Shown here: in pieces, positions 47,455 to 59,870 of the stretch
Numbering within the stretch: the first letter of the stretch is position 1
How the letters are laid out: each line of letters opens with the position of its first letter
DNA from: Lama guanicoe
Taxonomy: Eukaryota
Assembly (NCBI GenBank): GCA_013239625.1
Contig: MU053504.1
Location: 622,001 to 686,000 of the forward strand
DNA: 64,000 nucleotides
Direction: 5' to 3'
Translations under genes and position numbers: made by a program
Notes under the pieces: generated by a model
Told to the model about the DNA's origin: nothing
Databases searched by the model: none
What the model saw: only the letters and a program-made list of their open reading frames with translations

Positions 47455-49416
47455 GTTTCAATTTTTGTTGAAGTATGACTTACAGAGTAGTGTACGTAAG
47501 TCCGTGAATATGTAGCTTACTGAAATTTTAGACTTTTTACATCTCTCTACACCCATATAATCACCACCCTAAGACATAGAAGCTTTTTTTCTTGTTCCTT
47601 TCTATTCAATCTCTGGCCCCATAGGCAACCACCAATCTGATTTCTATCACCATAAATTGTTGATTCTTCAATTTCACATAAATGGAGTCATACAGTGAAT
47701 GGTGTCTGGCTTCTTTCACTTATCTTAAAGTTTGTGTGTGTGTGTGTGGGGGTTCTTTTTTCTTTGTTGTGGTTAAAAAACTCATAACATTAAATTTACC
47801 ATCTTAACCCTTTTAAAATGTACAGATCAGCAGTGTTAAGTATATTTAAATTGTTGTGCAACAGATACCAGAACTTCTTCATCTTGCAAAGCTGAAACTA
47901 TACCCACTAAACACTAATTCCCCTTCTACTAACCCCCTTGTCTTTGGCAACTGCCTTTCCACTTTGTTTCTATGATTTGACTACTTTAGGTACTTAATAT
48001 GAGTGGAATCATACAGTATCTGTCCTTTTGTGGCTGGCTTCTTTTGCTTAGCATAATGTCCTCTAGGTTCATCTGAGTTGTAGCATGTGATGGAATTTAC
48101 TTCTTTTTTATGGCCGAATAACATTCCATTGTATGGACATACCACATTTTCTTTATCCATTCCTCTGTCAATGGACATTTGGGTTGCTTTCACCTCTTGG
48201 TGTTTGTGAATAATGCTGTGATGAACATGAGTGCAAATATCTCCTCAAGGTCCTGCTTTAAATTCTTTTGGATATATACCTAGAGGTGGGATTGCTGGAT
48301 GACACAATAGTATTATTTTTAATTTTTTGAGAAACCTCCACGCTAGTTTCCATTTTCCATTCCTACCCATAGGACACAAGGGTTCTCATTTCCCCACATC
48401 CTTGTCAGCACTTGTTATTTCCTGTTCTTTTAATGGTGGCCATCCTAATGTGTGAGATGATATTTCACTGTGGTTTTAAATTTTAACTTAACTTTAAAAT
48501 TGAGCTACAGTTGACATATATTATATTAGTTTCAGATGTATGACATAATTATTTGACATTTGTGTATATCACCAAAATCATCACCATGATAAATCTAGTT
48601 AACATCTGTTAGCATACATAGTTACAAAAATATTTTTCTTGTGATGAGGACTTTTAAGATTTACTCTCTTTACAAGTTTTAAATATGCAGTACAGTATTA
48701 TTAACTATAGTCACCAGGCGGTACATTACGTCCTCATGACTTACTTATTTTATAACAAGAAGTTGGGGCATTTTGACCTCCTTCACCCATTTTGCCCCCT
48801 GCCCCCCAGCTTTTGGCAACTATCAATCTATTCTCTGTATCTACGAGCTTGCTTTTGTTTGTTTTTTTAGATTACACATTGTAACTGAGATCATACAGTA
48901 TTTGTCCTTCACTGTCCAACTCATCTCATTCAGCATAATACCCTCAAGGGCCACCCATATTGTCACAAATGGCAAGATTTCATCCTTTTTTATAGCTGAA
49001 TAATATTCTGACACATATATACCATACCTTTTTTATCCATTCATCTGCTGATGGACGCTTAGGTTGTTTCCATTATCTTAGCTTTTGTAAATAATGCTGC
49101 AGTAAACATGAAGTGCATATGCCTTTTGATTTTAACAATAGTAAGACTCTCAATCATGAGCACGGAATATCTTTTCATTTATTTGTATCTACTTTGACTA
49201 CTTTTAACAATGTGTTGTAGTTTCCACTGTATGAATCTTTCACCTCCTCGGTTATGTTTATACTTAAGCATTTTATTCTTTTTCTTGCTATAGTAAATGG
49301 GATTATTTTCTTAATACCCTTTTTGGATTGGCCATTGTTAATTTATAGAAGTACAACCGATTAACATGTGTTGGTTTTGTATCCTGCAACTTTGCTGAAC
49401 TCATTTGTTAGTTGTA

Positions 49417-49452
<36 letters not shown>

Positions 49453-50155
49453 TCTTTAGGGCTTTCTGCATATGATTTCATCTGAAAAGAGAGATAATTT
49501 TACTTCTCTCTAATTTGGATGCCTTTTATTTCTGTTTCTTGTCTAACCGGTCTCACAGCAGTATGTTGAATAGTAGTGGCTAAAGTTGTTATCCTTGTTT
49601 CTGATCTTAGAGGAACAGATTTCAGTCTTTCACAATTGAGTATGATGTTAGCAGTCAGCTTGTCATGTACAGCTTTCATCATGTTGAGGTAGTCTCCCTC
49701 TATTCCTTCTAGTTTGCTGAGTATGTTTATCATAAAAAGGTGCCGAGTGTTGCAAGATGATTTTTCTGCCTCAACTGAGATGATCATGTGGGTTTTGTCC
49801 TTCATTTTGTCATTGTTATTTGTGTGTTACATTGACTAGTTTTCCTATGTTGAACCATTCTTGCATTTCACGTATAAATCCTACTTGGTCATGGTGTATA
49901 GTCCTTTTAGTGTGCTGTTGAATTTTATTCGCTAGAATTTGCTGAGGATTTTCACATCAATATTCATCAGGGATATTGGTTTGTAGTTTCCTTTTAATAA
50001 TAGTGGAGTATTGGAATTTGTAAGGAATAAGGGTCATTGTTGTAATTTTATCACTTTCTATTATAGATTTATTGACATATAATTAACCTAACATAAAATT
50101 CACCCATATAAAGTGTACAATTCAATGGTTTTGAGTATATTCAGAGTTGAGACAC
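47455..50155 (-). mobile_element. Nested L1 fragments
   Basis: Several L1 3' ends plus an RT-region remnant (ORF 49500-49805, HMIIS..AEK..ANIILN.E.L..PLRS); (TG)n at ~49419-49450. Confidence 0.85.
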
Positions 50156-50794
50156 ATCAGACTTGAGTGTATGAACTTCTGACGTGTAGTTATAAAGTGT
50201 GCCTGTTGGTGTCACTGAAGAGCTCTCACTGAGGCAGAGTTTTCACTGATGCCTTCATCTCAGTGTGGATTGTTTTATTTTGACAAAATTAGGCAGCAGA
50301 TAAATGTAATGCACCTGTCTCAAGGGAGACTGTTATTACAGAAATAGAGGATAAATGCACCTTTGAGTTTCAGAAGCTGTTATCCAGATGAAAGATGCAA
50401 AAGGTTGGAAAAATAACAGGCTCTGGTAGAGGCAGCCGCTCCCTGCTCACCTTCCCCCACACTCCAGTTACCTCCTGAGACTAAACGACATTGTCCGACT
50501 TGTGGCAGAGAGGAGAGGAACTGGAGGGAAACAGCCCTGGGTGGGGGGGATCTGAGAAGGGTCCTACAACCTGCTTCTCAGACCCCAGGTCCAGTTTGGA
50601 TAGGAGATGGATGGGAGAATCAGGAGAACATGTGCTTTCCTTCCTGGTGACATGGTTTGTAGAATTCCTGCCTCCAGCCTGGACTGGCAACAGAAGGGCA
50701 GCACTGGGTGTGTGCTCTGCCTGCATGAATGGATCTGAGACCGCCTTGCAGAGATTCCTGGGGTCCCATTAGTAGCCAGATTTTCCACTGTGCT

Positions 50795-52265
50795 TTTTTT
50801 TTTTTTACGTTTAAATATTTTTAATTAAGATATAATTCCACAGTCTGTACAATTTATCTTTTTAAAGTATATGATTCAGAGAAAGACAAACACTGTTATC
50901 ACTTATATGTGGAATCTAAAAAATACAACAAACTATTGAATACAACAAAAAAGGAAACAGAGTCACATACGTAGGGGCTACCAGAGGGGAGAGGGAATGG
51001 GGGAGGGACAAGATAGGGGTGCGTTTTAAGAGGTACAAAAAACAAAAGATAAAGGTCATTGTAGTTCCTGTTGCTCCTGCCTGGCATCCTGGATTGCATT
51101 CTTTGGGAGAAGCCAGCTGCCATGTTGCCAGGACACTCAAGCAACCTCCTCGAGAGCTGTCCCCCTCCCCACGACAAAGAGCAATTGGGTCCCAGATGTC
51201 AGCAGTGCCGAGGCCGAGGAGCCCTGTCAGGCCTAAAGTACTAGAGCTGAGCCTCGTCCTGTGTGGTTGGGATCTGGCTCTCTGACCGATGGGGTCTGTG
51301 CGAAGCTCACAGTTCTGTCCCCAGCACCCAGAAGGGTCCCAACAAGTAATGGCAAGAAATGAACCAAAGAGGCCCCTCTCCCTCTGCCCCCAAGCAGATC
51401 CATCGGCTGGTGCCGGCCCTTGGGGACCCGAGCCCCAGCCCAGCAGCCCACAGGACACTCACAGGAGATGATGAAGAGGGCCTCGACACGCGCGGAGTCA
51501 CGGGCGTCTGGATCCAGCAGGCGCGGCAGCGCGCCGAGGCCCGGCACCTGCTCTGGGATGGCGCCCACGTTCCGGCTGCACGTGCGGCTGAGCTGCGCCT
51601 GCGCGCCGCACCCCGCAGCCCCGCAGGCCCCCGCCTCCAGGTACCCGCGCACCAGGACGTGCATGCCGGACAGGCAGAAGTCTGCGGCCTTGTGCAGCTG
51701 CTCGCACAGGTCGGCCAGCAGCTTGAGGGCCCCCTCGCGCTCCTGCTGGTCAGCGGCCAGCTCAGCGCCGCCAGCCGAGGGGACATAGGCTGGGACAGCA
51801 CTTGGAGGCAGCTCTTCATCTGCTCCACCTCCTCCCGCTGGCCCGGAGGGCGGCCCACACGGCCTCCCGCAGCCGCTGGCCCCTCTCCTCACTCATGGGT
51901 TCTGGAGCGGGGTGTGTGGCACTGCAGAGCCCGCCGTGATGGCCCTCTGCGGCAGGCCTTGGCGGTGTCGTGGGGGCGGGGCGTTGCCCAAGCCCCCTGC
52001 GGAGGAGCCGCTGCCCCCGGAAGAGCAACGCTGGGAGCCTGAGGGCGGCACCGGGGGAGGGCGACAGCCTCCGGAGCCTTGTTCCGCCACGGGCTGTTTG
52101 TGAAGAAGGTAAGAATGTGTTGGGGTAAGGGGTGGTCACGCTGAGGTAGCGCTGCGTCCTGACCGGTGGACTCCTGGGGGTCTGCTCTTTGGGCCTCGCG
52201 TCGCCATTGCTGCTAAAGGCCGAGTCTCCCGCACCTGACTGTGCTGGGCGCCGCCATATTGACCG
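50795..52265 (-). pseudogene. HSPBP1: HSPBP1 (Hsp70-binding protein 1) semi-processed retropseudogene
   Basis: 52090-51463 translates across at least 3 frameshifts to HSPBP1 N-terminal sequence (..AITAGS..PEPMSEE..GQREEVEQMKSCL..AADQQEREGAL.LLADLCE..LSGMH..ALF.ISC). Start codon is GTG. A13 tail at 50794-50806, ATTAAA at 50820-50825, TSD tccactg(t/c)gct at 50784-50794 and 52266-52276. Confidence 0.92.
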
Positions 52266-53169
52266 TCCACTGCGCTCGAGAGGATTGTGAGCAGAGCTGC
52301 AATCGAGGGGCTATCGGGAAGCTGTGAGACCAGGAAGACGTTAATGCTAGGGGGCACCTGTGAGGATCTGTATGTAGTCAAGGGCAGCACAGGGTAATGG
52401 ACATCTTAGCAAAGTCCTGCATGGACCAGTATCACAAAGGCAACTTAACATGTCAGGGAATGGAGAGGATGGCGGGGTGGGGGTGGGGTGGCTGGGGGGT
52501 GAGGGAAGATGCAGATTTGATGGAGGCGATCCTGATTTGACCACGATTAAGTCCATGGAAAAGGATCTTAAAATAGAAATTATGTTAAATCATGGAAAAA
52601 ATTTAAAAAAATTTTTGTACACATTGGAATGGTAGCTTGGAGTTGCTTTGTTTGACCTTCATCTTGTCGCCTAATGTCTCCAAAACACAAGTTCCACATT
52701 CTGGTTTGGAGAGGAGAAATTGGACTAGATGGTATCAAGAAGTTTTCCAGCTCAGATTGACCATGATGCTAAAGTCTCTGATTCTCTCAGCTGTTCCATT
52801 GCCCACTTGTGAATGTTCTCTTTACATGTCACTCTGTTAGCAGTCCTTCCCACAGTGTCCAGTGAGACTGCTGAGTATCACCAGTGTAGCCCAGTGTGAC
52901 AGGGGACAAGGAGGACATTCTCAATCCCTGCAGAGGTCACATAACAATGCAGAAGGAAAATATATGTACCATCATGTCATCATGACAAATGGAAACATTT
53001 TGTCTCTCTGCTTCCCCCTCCAACCCACACATACATAAGCACCCCTTTTGTACAGGAGCCTGGAGACGCATTGTATCCAAGGGCTTTGGGGAAGGAAGAA
53101 GGATGGAAAAGGAAAATGATTATTTTAGCTCTGCTGCTTGGCTGCCCTGGCAACCAGTTTTACAGACCT

Positions 53170-53960
53170 AATGACTAAAAATATCTCTCCAGCTCTGACC
53201 CCTCTCTTGAGCTAGAAACATATATGCCCATCTGCCTACTCAACATCTGCACTAGGACGATGAACAAACGTTATGTTTAACATGTTCAACACTGAACCTG
53301 TAGTTCACATCACCAACCTATTCTTCCTCCTGTCTTCTCCATCTCATCCATTGCTCAATCTTGCCAGGAAGCCACCCCCGACTCCTCCCTCTCCATTGCC
53401 TTTCACATTCAGTTCCCAAACATTTCTGGTCATTTGTCTTTAAATACACCTCACATTAGTCAATTTCTCTCCAACTCTGCTGGCACTGCCATAGCTCAAG
53501 TCACCTTCACTGCTCCCTGGTTAGGTGCAGTAACCACACATCTGATTTCTGACTCCTTGTTTCTCTCTAATCTATTTAGGGCACAGGTGTCATGGTGATT
53601 TCCAGAATTCTAAATCAGATATTGCAGTTTGCTCTGTCAATTAAAACTCTAATGTCTTTCCGTTCTTCTTTGAATAAAATCCACATTCCCTACCATGGCA
53701 GATAGCTGTGTGTGATTGGCTCCTGCCTGTTTCTTCAGCATTGTTCCATATCCCATTACTGTCAAATTCCTGCTCCACTGGCCCCCTTCCTCTTTGAACA
53801 CTCCACGTTCCCTGTACCTCAGGGTTTGGCACTGTGGGCTCCCAATAACAAGAGAGTATTTCCCCCAGGCTATTGCAAATTTTAGATAAGCCTTTTTGAG
53901 ATTCCTTTCTCAGAAAGGCTTTCTCTACCATTCTTTCTAGGTAGCAGACACTTAATTCCC
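53170..53960 (+). mobile_element. L2 LINE remnant
   Basis: atctctccagctctgacc..catctgcctactcaacatct..ctcctccctctcc..ttgaataaaatcc motifs typical of the L2 3' region. Confidence 0.6.
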
Positions 53961-55689
53961 GACCCCTGTGGAGAGCTCTATCATTGAAATGCCCATTCTG
54001 TGCACCCTTTTATTTTCTTCAGATCTCTCATCACCTTCTTGTTTATTTCTTCCAAAGTTTCCCCTCCTTCATTCCCTCCCCATTCTTCCCTCTCTCCTTT
54101 CTTTTCTGTCTGTCCTCATCACACTGTAAACTCCTCAAGGGTGGGGACCATCAGTACCAGTGTTTCCCTTGTGTCTATTACAGTGCCTGTTGCATAGCAT
54201 AAGCTCAGTAATATTTGTGGAATAAATGAAGGCACAACCTCCTTTGAGATGAGCAATTATTTGTAAAGCCAGCCCCCAGCCTGGAATCTAGAACCCTGAC
54301 ATGAACTTAAAACTGTATGTATCCACCTTTACCATTCATCTGCCTTTTTCCACTTCAGACAACTCCTATTTAAAATTTTGTATATATTGCTCCTTTTTAA
54401 AAATATATGGTTTTGTCATATATCATGTTTTATAAAATGTTTGGAGGCTTACGTACCTAATTTTGTTTTTTTGCTAAGGCTAATCCATATTATCTGTATA
54501 GCTGTTGATTTATTTATTTTTATTGCTGTAGAACATTTCATCTGTAATTGTACTTAACTACTTGTTCATCATCTTGTAGATGAGCATTGGGACTGTTTTC
54601 AGGTTTTGGTAATTTTAAACTATGCTAGCATGTATATATTTGTACGTATCTCCTGGTGTCCACGTACAAGAGTTTCTTTGGGGGAACAACCAAGGTGTGG
54701 AGATGCCTGGTTATGGGGCATGTGAATGTTCAACTTAAACATTTTCAGACTGTTATCCAAAGCATCTGTGCCAATTTATGTGGCCATCAGCAATGTAAGA
54801 GAAGGTGAATTGCCATTTCAGTGTGGTCTTGCTTTGGCCTTTTCTGATCACTAATGGGATTGTGTGTCTCTTTATGTGTTTACTGGCCATAAGTATTTCC
54901 TGTAATATCATTCTAATGAAGGGGTTTTAAAGGTTTCATGCTAGTTTGGGGGCCCACAATGGGCTTTCCTTGAGGGGCTGGAAGACGCCTTCAGGATCGC
55001 ACATATGTTTCTTCCTGGTAGAAGCCTGTCCTGCCTCTGCTGGATTTCTTGCTCAGGTCAGGTGTCCACAGAAGCCTCACTCCTAGCTAGGACATGAGAG
55101 GCCACCTCTCACTACTGACTTTCTGGTCCAGGCTCTCACCTCCTCTGGGGCTGCAGGAGACAGGGAGGGGCAGCCAGTGCTGGACAGGTCTCAGAAGGCT
55201 GGTGTGGCAGGAAAAAATGGGGTAGAGGCTACGGACATCATGGGAAGTGGTCCTCCTGGATCAGTTCTCCTGAATAAGACAGGAGGAGACAAGGGTCCTA
55301 TGTCACTGAGGGGGGGCTCACAGTGCCTTGGCCTACAGAGGAAGCAGGGAGCTGGGGCAAAGCCTTTGTTCTTCTCAAACTTCTCCTCAGAGGCCACCTC
55401 ACAAGCGTTCTCTCTATACTAACTCCTTTATGTCCCTCCTTAAGTGCTCCCCCACCCCTGCCCAGACCAAGGGAGCCTGCATCTTTCTGCATCCTCAGAC
55501 TGGAGCTGTGAGAGTCAGAAGGGAAGACTGAGGAAATTGGGGTGCTGTTCTCAGGGACCTGCTGGATTCAACTTGCCTTCAAGGTAGAGGAGAAATGGAA
55601 GCACCTTGTGGCCTCTCCTCACAGTGCCCCCTGTTGGCCTGGAGTCCCACCGCTGGGAGCCCAAGCCCTCTCTGGGGTCTCCAGTTTAC

Positions 55690-55801
55690 CTGGAAGGGAG
55701 GGTCCTCCTGAGGACATAGATGATGGAAACTGTAGTCAGGAGAAACAACTTCCAGCCAAGCAGGAGGAGGGTCCCAAAGAGGGAGCTGGATGCTGTGGCA
55801 C
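55690..55801 (-). CDS. Divergent SIRP-family gene, transmembrane exon with Lys
   Basis: caccag|GT; GATASSSLFGTLLLLGWKLFLLTTVSIIYVLRRTLPS; ends AG|gtaaac, which reads AGG TAA (stop 55686-55688) if unspliced. Confidence 0.8.
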
Positions 55802-56129
55802 CTGGTGACAGGAAGATATCAGGATGAACCTGACTTCCTGCTCCCATCACTCTGCCACCCCAGGCTCAGTCCACCCCAGACTCAGGTAACAAGACCACAC
55901 CTTGGTCCTGGAGGAAGTCACCTTTCCTCTCTGAGCCATAGTTTCCTAATCTTTAAAATGGGGATTATAACATGTACCTTAGATCATTTTTGTATATCAA
56001 ATGAGAGCACCCAGCAAAATTCCTAATAGGTACTCAGTAATTGTTGAATCTGAATGGCTTTTGGGAAGATGGATGGGAATTGGTGAAAGAAATTTCATGT
56101 TAACTTAGTTATTCACAAGAATAGCTGGT

Positions 56130-56268
56130 TTGTTTTGTTTTTTCAGGGGGAGATAATTAGGTTTTTATTTGTTTATTTATTTATTTATATGGAGGTACTG
56201 GGGATTAAACCCAGGACCTCATGCATGCTAAGCATGCGCCCTACCTCTGAGCTAAATCCTCCCCACCC
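56130..56268 (-). mobile_element. tRNA-derived SINE (Vic-1-like)
   Basis: Same head as the other copies; TSD aagaata(g/t)ctggt at 56117-56129 and 56269-56281. Confidence 0.85.
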
Positions 56269-56538
56269 AAGAATATCTGGTAAAGGGGATGTGTCATTAG
56301 GATGCAGCTGTGTGATAAAGTGGTGCTTGCTGCTGTTTGGTACCTAAGGCTTCACAGTGTGTAGAGGTAGCTGTATTTGCTGTTCCAGTTTATAGATGAA
56401 GAAACTGAGTTTCAGGAAGGTGAAGTGGTCTTCCCAAGGTCACACACATGGCAGATGTGGCTGAGCTGGCATTTAAGCCTGGCCTGTCTGTCTCCAGGTT
56501 TAACTCTTTAACTGCTTGGTTATTCCACCCTTACTTAC

Positions 56539-56850
56539 CCAAACTGGCTTGCTCTTCTGTAAGCTCGCTCAGCTGCACGCTGGTCTGGACCAGTGTCTGG
56601 TCCTCACGCCACACTTGGCAGGTGAACAGCCTTTTGTCCTCTGAGGTGCTGACCAGGATATGACTGTCTTGGCTGAATGTGCCATCTGGGTTCTTGGTGG
56701 GGGCGAAGGCCTCATAAGACTTGAATCGTCTGTTCCTCTCCTGCCAGATGATTTGTATGACTTCTGGGTAAAACCTTTGCACGTGGCAGGTGAGAATGGT
56801 CACCTGGAGGCTTGGGACACCGTGAGCTGATATGTTCACTGTGGGGACAA
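56539..56850 (-). CDS. Divergent SIRP-family gene, second IgC1 exon (domain-3-like)
   Basis: tttcag|TT ... TTG G|gtaagt; 312 nt open, phase 1-1; VPTV...LTCHVQRFYP..IQIIW...NPDGTF...FTCQV. Confidence 0.87.
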
Positions 56851-57164
56851 CTGAAACAACAGGCCTCCCTTCGTTACTTCTTCCTTCATGCAAAAGATGC
56901 CTAAGGAGCATCCATGCCATTATAGCCAGTTACTCTCAGTTCTTAGGATACAGCAGTGAGCAAAGACAGACATGGTCCCTGCCTCACGGAGGGCCCAGTC
57001 TGGTAAGGAGAACAGGGAGGAAAAAGCATTCACATGACCCCCATACAGGTTATGAGAGCCTTTAGGGGCACCTGACCTGGTCTGGAAGTGGGGCAGGTAG
57101 GGAAGAGTTTCTGGATGAAGTGGCATTTGAGCAGAAATTTGAAAGATGAATAGAAGTGAACTAC

Positions 57165-57722
57165 ACGTGGCTGATTGTGTTTTCCAAAATGGTCACAGCA
57201 AGCCATACAATGTCATACAGAACCCCGCCCCTCCGATCAGTGGGGGAGACTACTTCTGCTCCCTGGGAACCTGGGGGAGGCTACTTTTCAATGCACGACA
57301 CGAGGAAGAGAATGCTGCAGAGGTGACACTGTGTGACGTCCAAGGCTGGGTTATAAAAGTCGATATGGCTTCTGTCTGGGAATCTTGGGGCACTCACCTT
57401 TGGGACACAGCCACAAAGGTTTGTGGAAGCCCAAACTAGCCTATGTGGAAAGATGATAAGGAGAAGCTTGTGTCAAGAACTGAGGCCCCAAGCCAACAGC
57501 CAGCACCAGAGGCTCGACATGTTAGTGATAGAGCCTTCATATGATTCCAGCCTCTAACTGTCCAGCTGAGGTCCCAGATGTAATAGAGCAGAAACATCCT
57601 TACCGGGTCCTGTCTGAATTTCCTGAAGTACAGAACATGTGAGCATAATAATTTTGAGGATTTGGAGTAGGTTTAGAATATCAGGATAAGTTTGGGATAA
57701 TGCAGCCCTGATAACTGGAACA
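57165..57722 (+). mobile_element. MLT1-like LTR
   Basis: gtgacactgtgtgac.tccaaggctgggttataaaa..gaactgaggccc..gccaacagccagcacca..gcagc..gataactggaaca. Confidence 0.65.
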
Positions 57723-59555
57723 TTAGGCAGAGAGGCTGGTGGAGGGCGATACAAAGGAGGGAGGGCCCTGGGAGCGGCTGTGTGTGTGGAGGTGCATCTC
57801 AGGCAAAGGGCAGGGCACGTGCAGTGGCCCTGAGGGGATGCCTAGCATGTTGCAAGGACAGAAGGGTGCTCAGGGTGAGTAGGGGGAATGTAAGCAAGAT
57901 GAAGCCAGGGTCATAGCCACTTTGAAGACTGTCTGCACTTAACTGCTGCTACAAGTACCCTGGGGTCACCTGCAACTTCCTAAAGAGCACCTACACTGAG
58001 AGTTTAATATAGTTGATTTCCAGATCCTGAGCCCTTGTATGACTCTTTCCTAAAATTGCAACTAAGACCAGATCCTTCACTGTTTCTTAACTCTACTTCT
58101 CCAGCTTTACAAAAAAAAAAAAAAAAACCTTTTCTCTCACCCATCTCGAAACTAACTATGGTGCACTGTCCTTGGTGTAAAGACTTTGGGACACAAAACA
58201 AAAGGACACTTCAAAATATTGTTGACCAGAAACCCTGATTTATCAAATAGCTCCTCCATTTATCTCACTGAACTGCCTTTCTGATATAATTTTAACTGTT
58301 ATTTTAATCATTATTTGTCAAAATTTGTCATATGTCTAGATTGTTTTGATCAATTATGCAGTTCAATCCAAAAGAATCTTTTAAATACTTAAATCCTTAG
58401 TTCATAAGAAAAAAATCAAATAAATTTAATTTATATACATATTTTATATACATATACATACACATTATATACATAAATTTGTAGTTCTCTGTGTTCTCAT
58501 AGTTCTCTATATGTGCAATTTTTGGCCCATAAAAGATTTCCACATATAAAATATGCTATCCTAGGATAAAGTTCTCTGCAAGAATTAGAATGGAAATATA
58601 AACTCAGGAATAAAAGGGATGAATATATGTATAGATTCTGGTTGTCAAAGAAAACCTTATTTTGTTTGTTGAAATGGATGATGGTGGGAAGCAAATCACC
58701 ACGATGTCACTTTTCCATTGAACATTTTCAGAGTGATGGAACATTTGTAATATTCCAGGAGTTATGTTCTGAGTGACTATTTAAGCAAATGTTGAGCAAG
58801 CTGATGTGAAGTCTTGATTCGACACCAAAGTAGCAGGTTTGTCTTTATGAGCTCAGAGCAAGAAAGGTGGAGTGTGGCATTGCCTGCATTGTCCCCTCCC
58901 TTGATGCCAGGGTGGGTTCAGGAAGTGTGTTTCAAAGGCAATGATGGGCACCAAAGCAGTGGTGGTGTGGTGGTTTGGACCATGTTTTAGGAGTCCACCT
59001 GAGCGTCCAAGTGGGAGAAGCTTCCTTGTTGTGGCCCAGAAGCCCTGTGTGATCTGATCCCTGTGATTTCTCTCCACCCATTTCCTTTTTCACGCACTCT
59101 TCGAGTAAGCTAGATTTTGCCTATTTTCATCTATTTCAGTGCTCTGTCTTCCCCTCACAGCAAATGTTACAAGTTATACCATATAATTGTTTGCATCTTG
59201 GCTGATGAGATTCACATGACTGTGAAGTCAGTGAGGCAGAACCAGGTCTGTTCTGTTTACCATGGAATTCCCAGCATCTAGAATAATGCACTACACAGCA
59301 GATGCTCAGTAAATCCTTGTTGAATGAATGAACTCCCATCTCCCAAATACACTAGAGGGAAGGGAGCTCTGAAAGAGAAGGACCCAATTATGGCATTCAA
59401 AGGAATAAGATGGTCATATACAATAGGGAACCTCGTACCCACCTCACATGGGTCTTGGTGAAGAATGAATAGGGGGACTCAGGTGAGGTGTGCCAAACGG
59501 AACAGGTGGAGGTCACCTAGGTTTGGCCATGGGGTTGTGTGGCTGGGGCTCTTAC

Positions 59556-59870
59556 CTTGAAGGAATTCAGAGATGTTCACACGTCCACTGAGGGGCCTTT
59601 GCAGTTCACTGTGAGTCACTTGGCAGGTGACGTGGGAGTGGAGTGAGGACAAGTCAAGGGTCACCAGGGCGATGCTGACAATGGTGTAGGAGGAAGCATC
59701 TCCAGGCAGGAAGATGAGAGTCTGATGGGCTGGAAGCTCCACGCCATTTTTAAACCATTTCAGTTGTATGTGTTTGGGAAAGAAGCCAGTTGATGTGCAG
59801 GTGAGATTCACTGCCTCACCTGGGCTGGCCCGTTTAGTGGGGCCAGAAACCTCTGGAACAGAGGGCTTAG
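59556..59870 (-). CDS. Divergent SIRP-family gene, IgC1 exon (SIRP domain-2-like)
   Basis: Pyrimidine tract + caag|CT ... CAA G|gtaaga; 315 nt open, phase 1-1; AKPSVPEVSGP..VNLTC.S.GF.P..I.LKWFKNG.EL..HS.VTCQVTH, homologous to SIRP d2. Confidence 0.88.

Noticed and set aside
51233..52139. Long overlapping ORFs on both strands (227, 219 and 183 aa)
   Set aside because: They are shadows of the frameshifted, very GC-rich HSPBP1 pseudogene, where stops are rare. No independent gene is supported.
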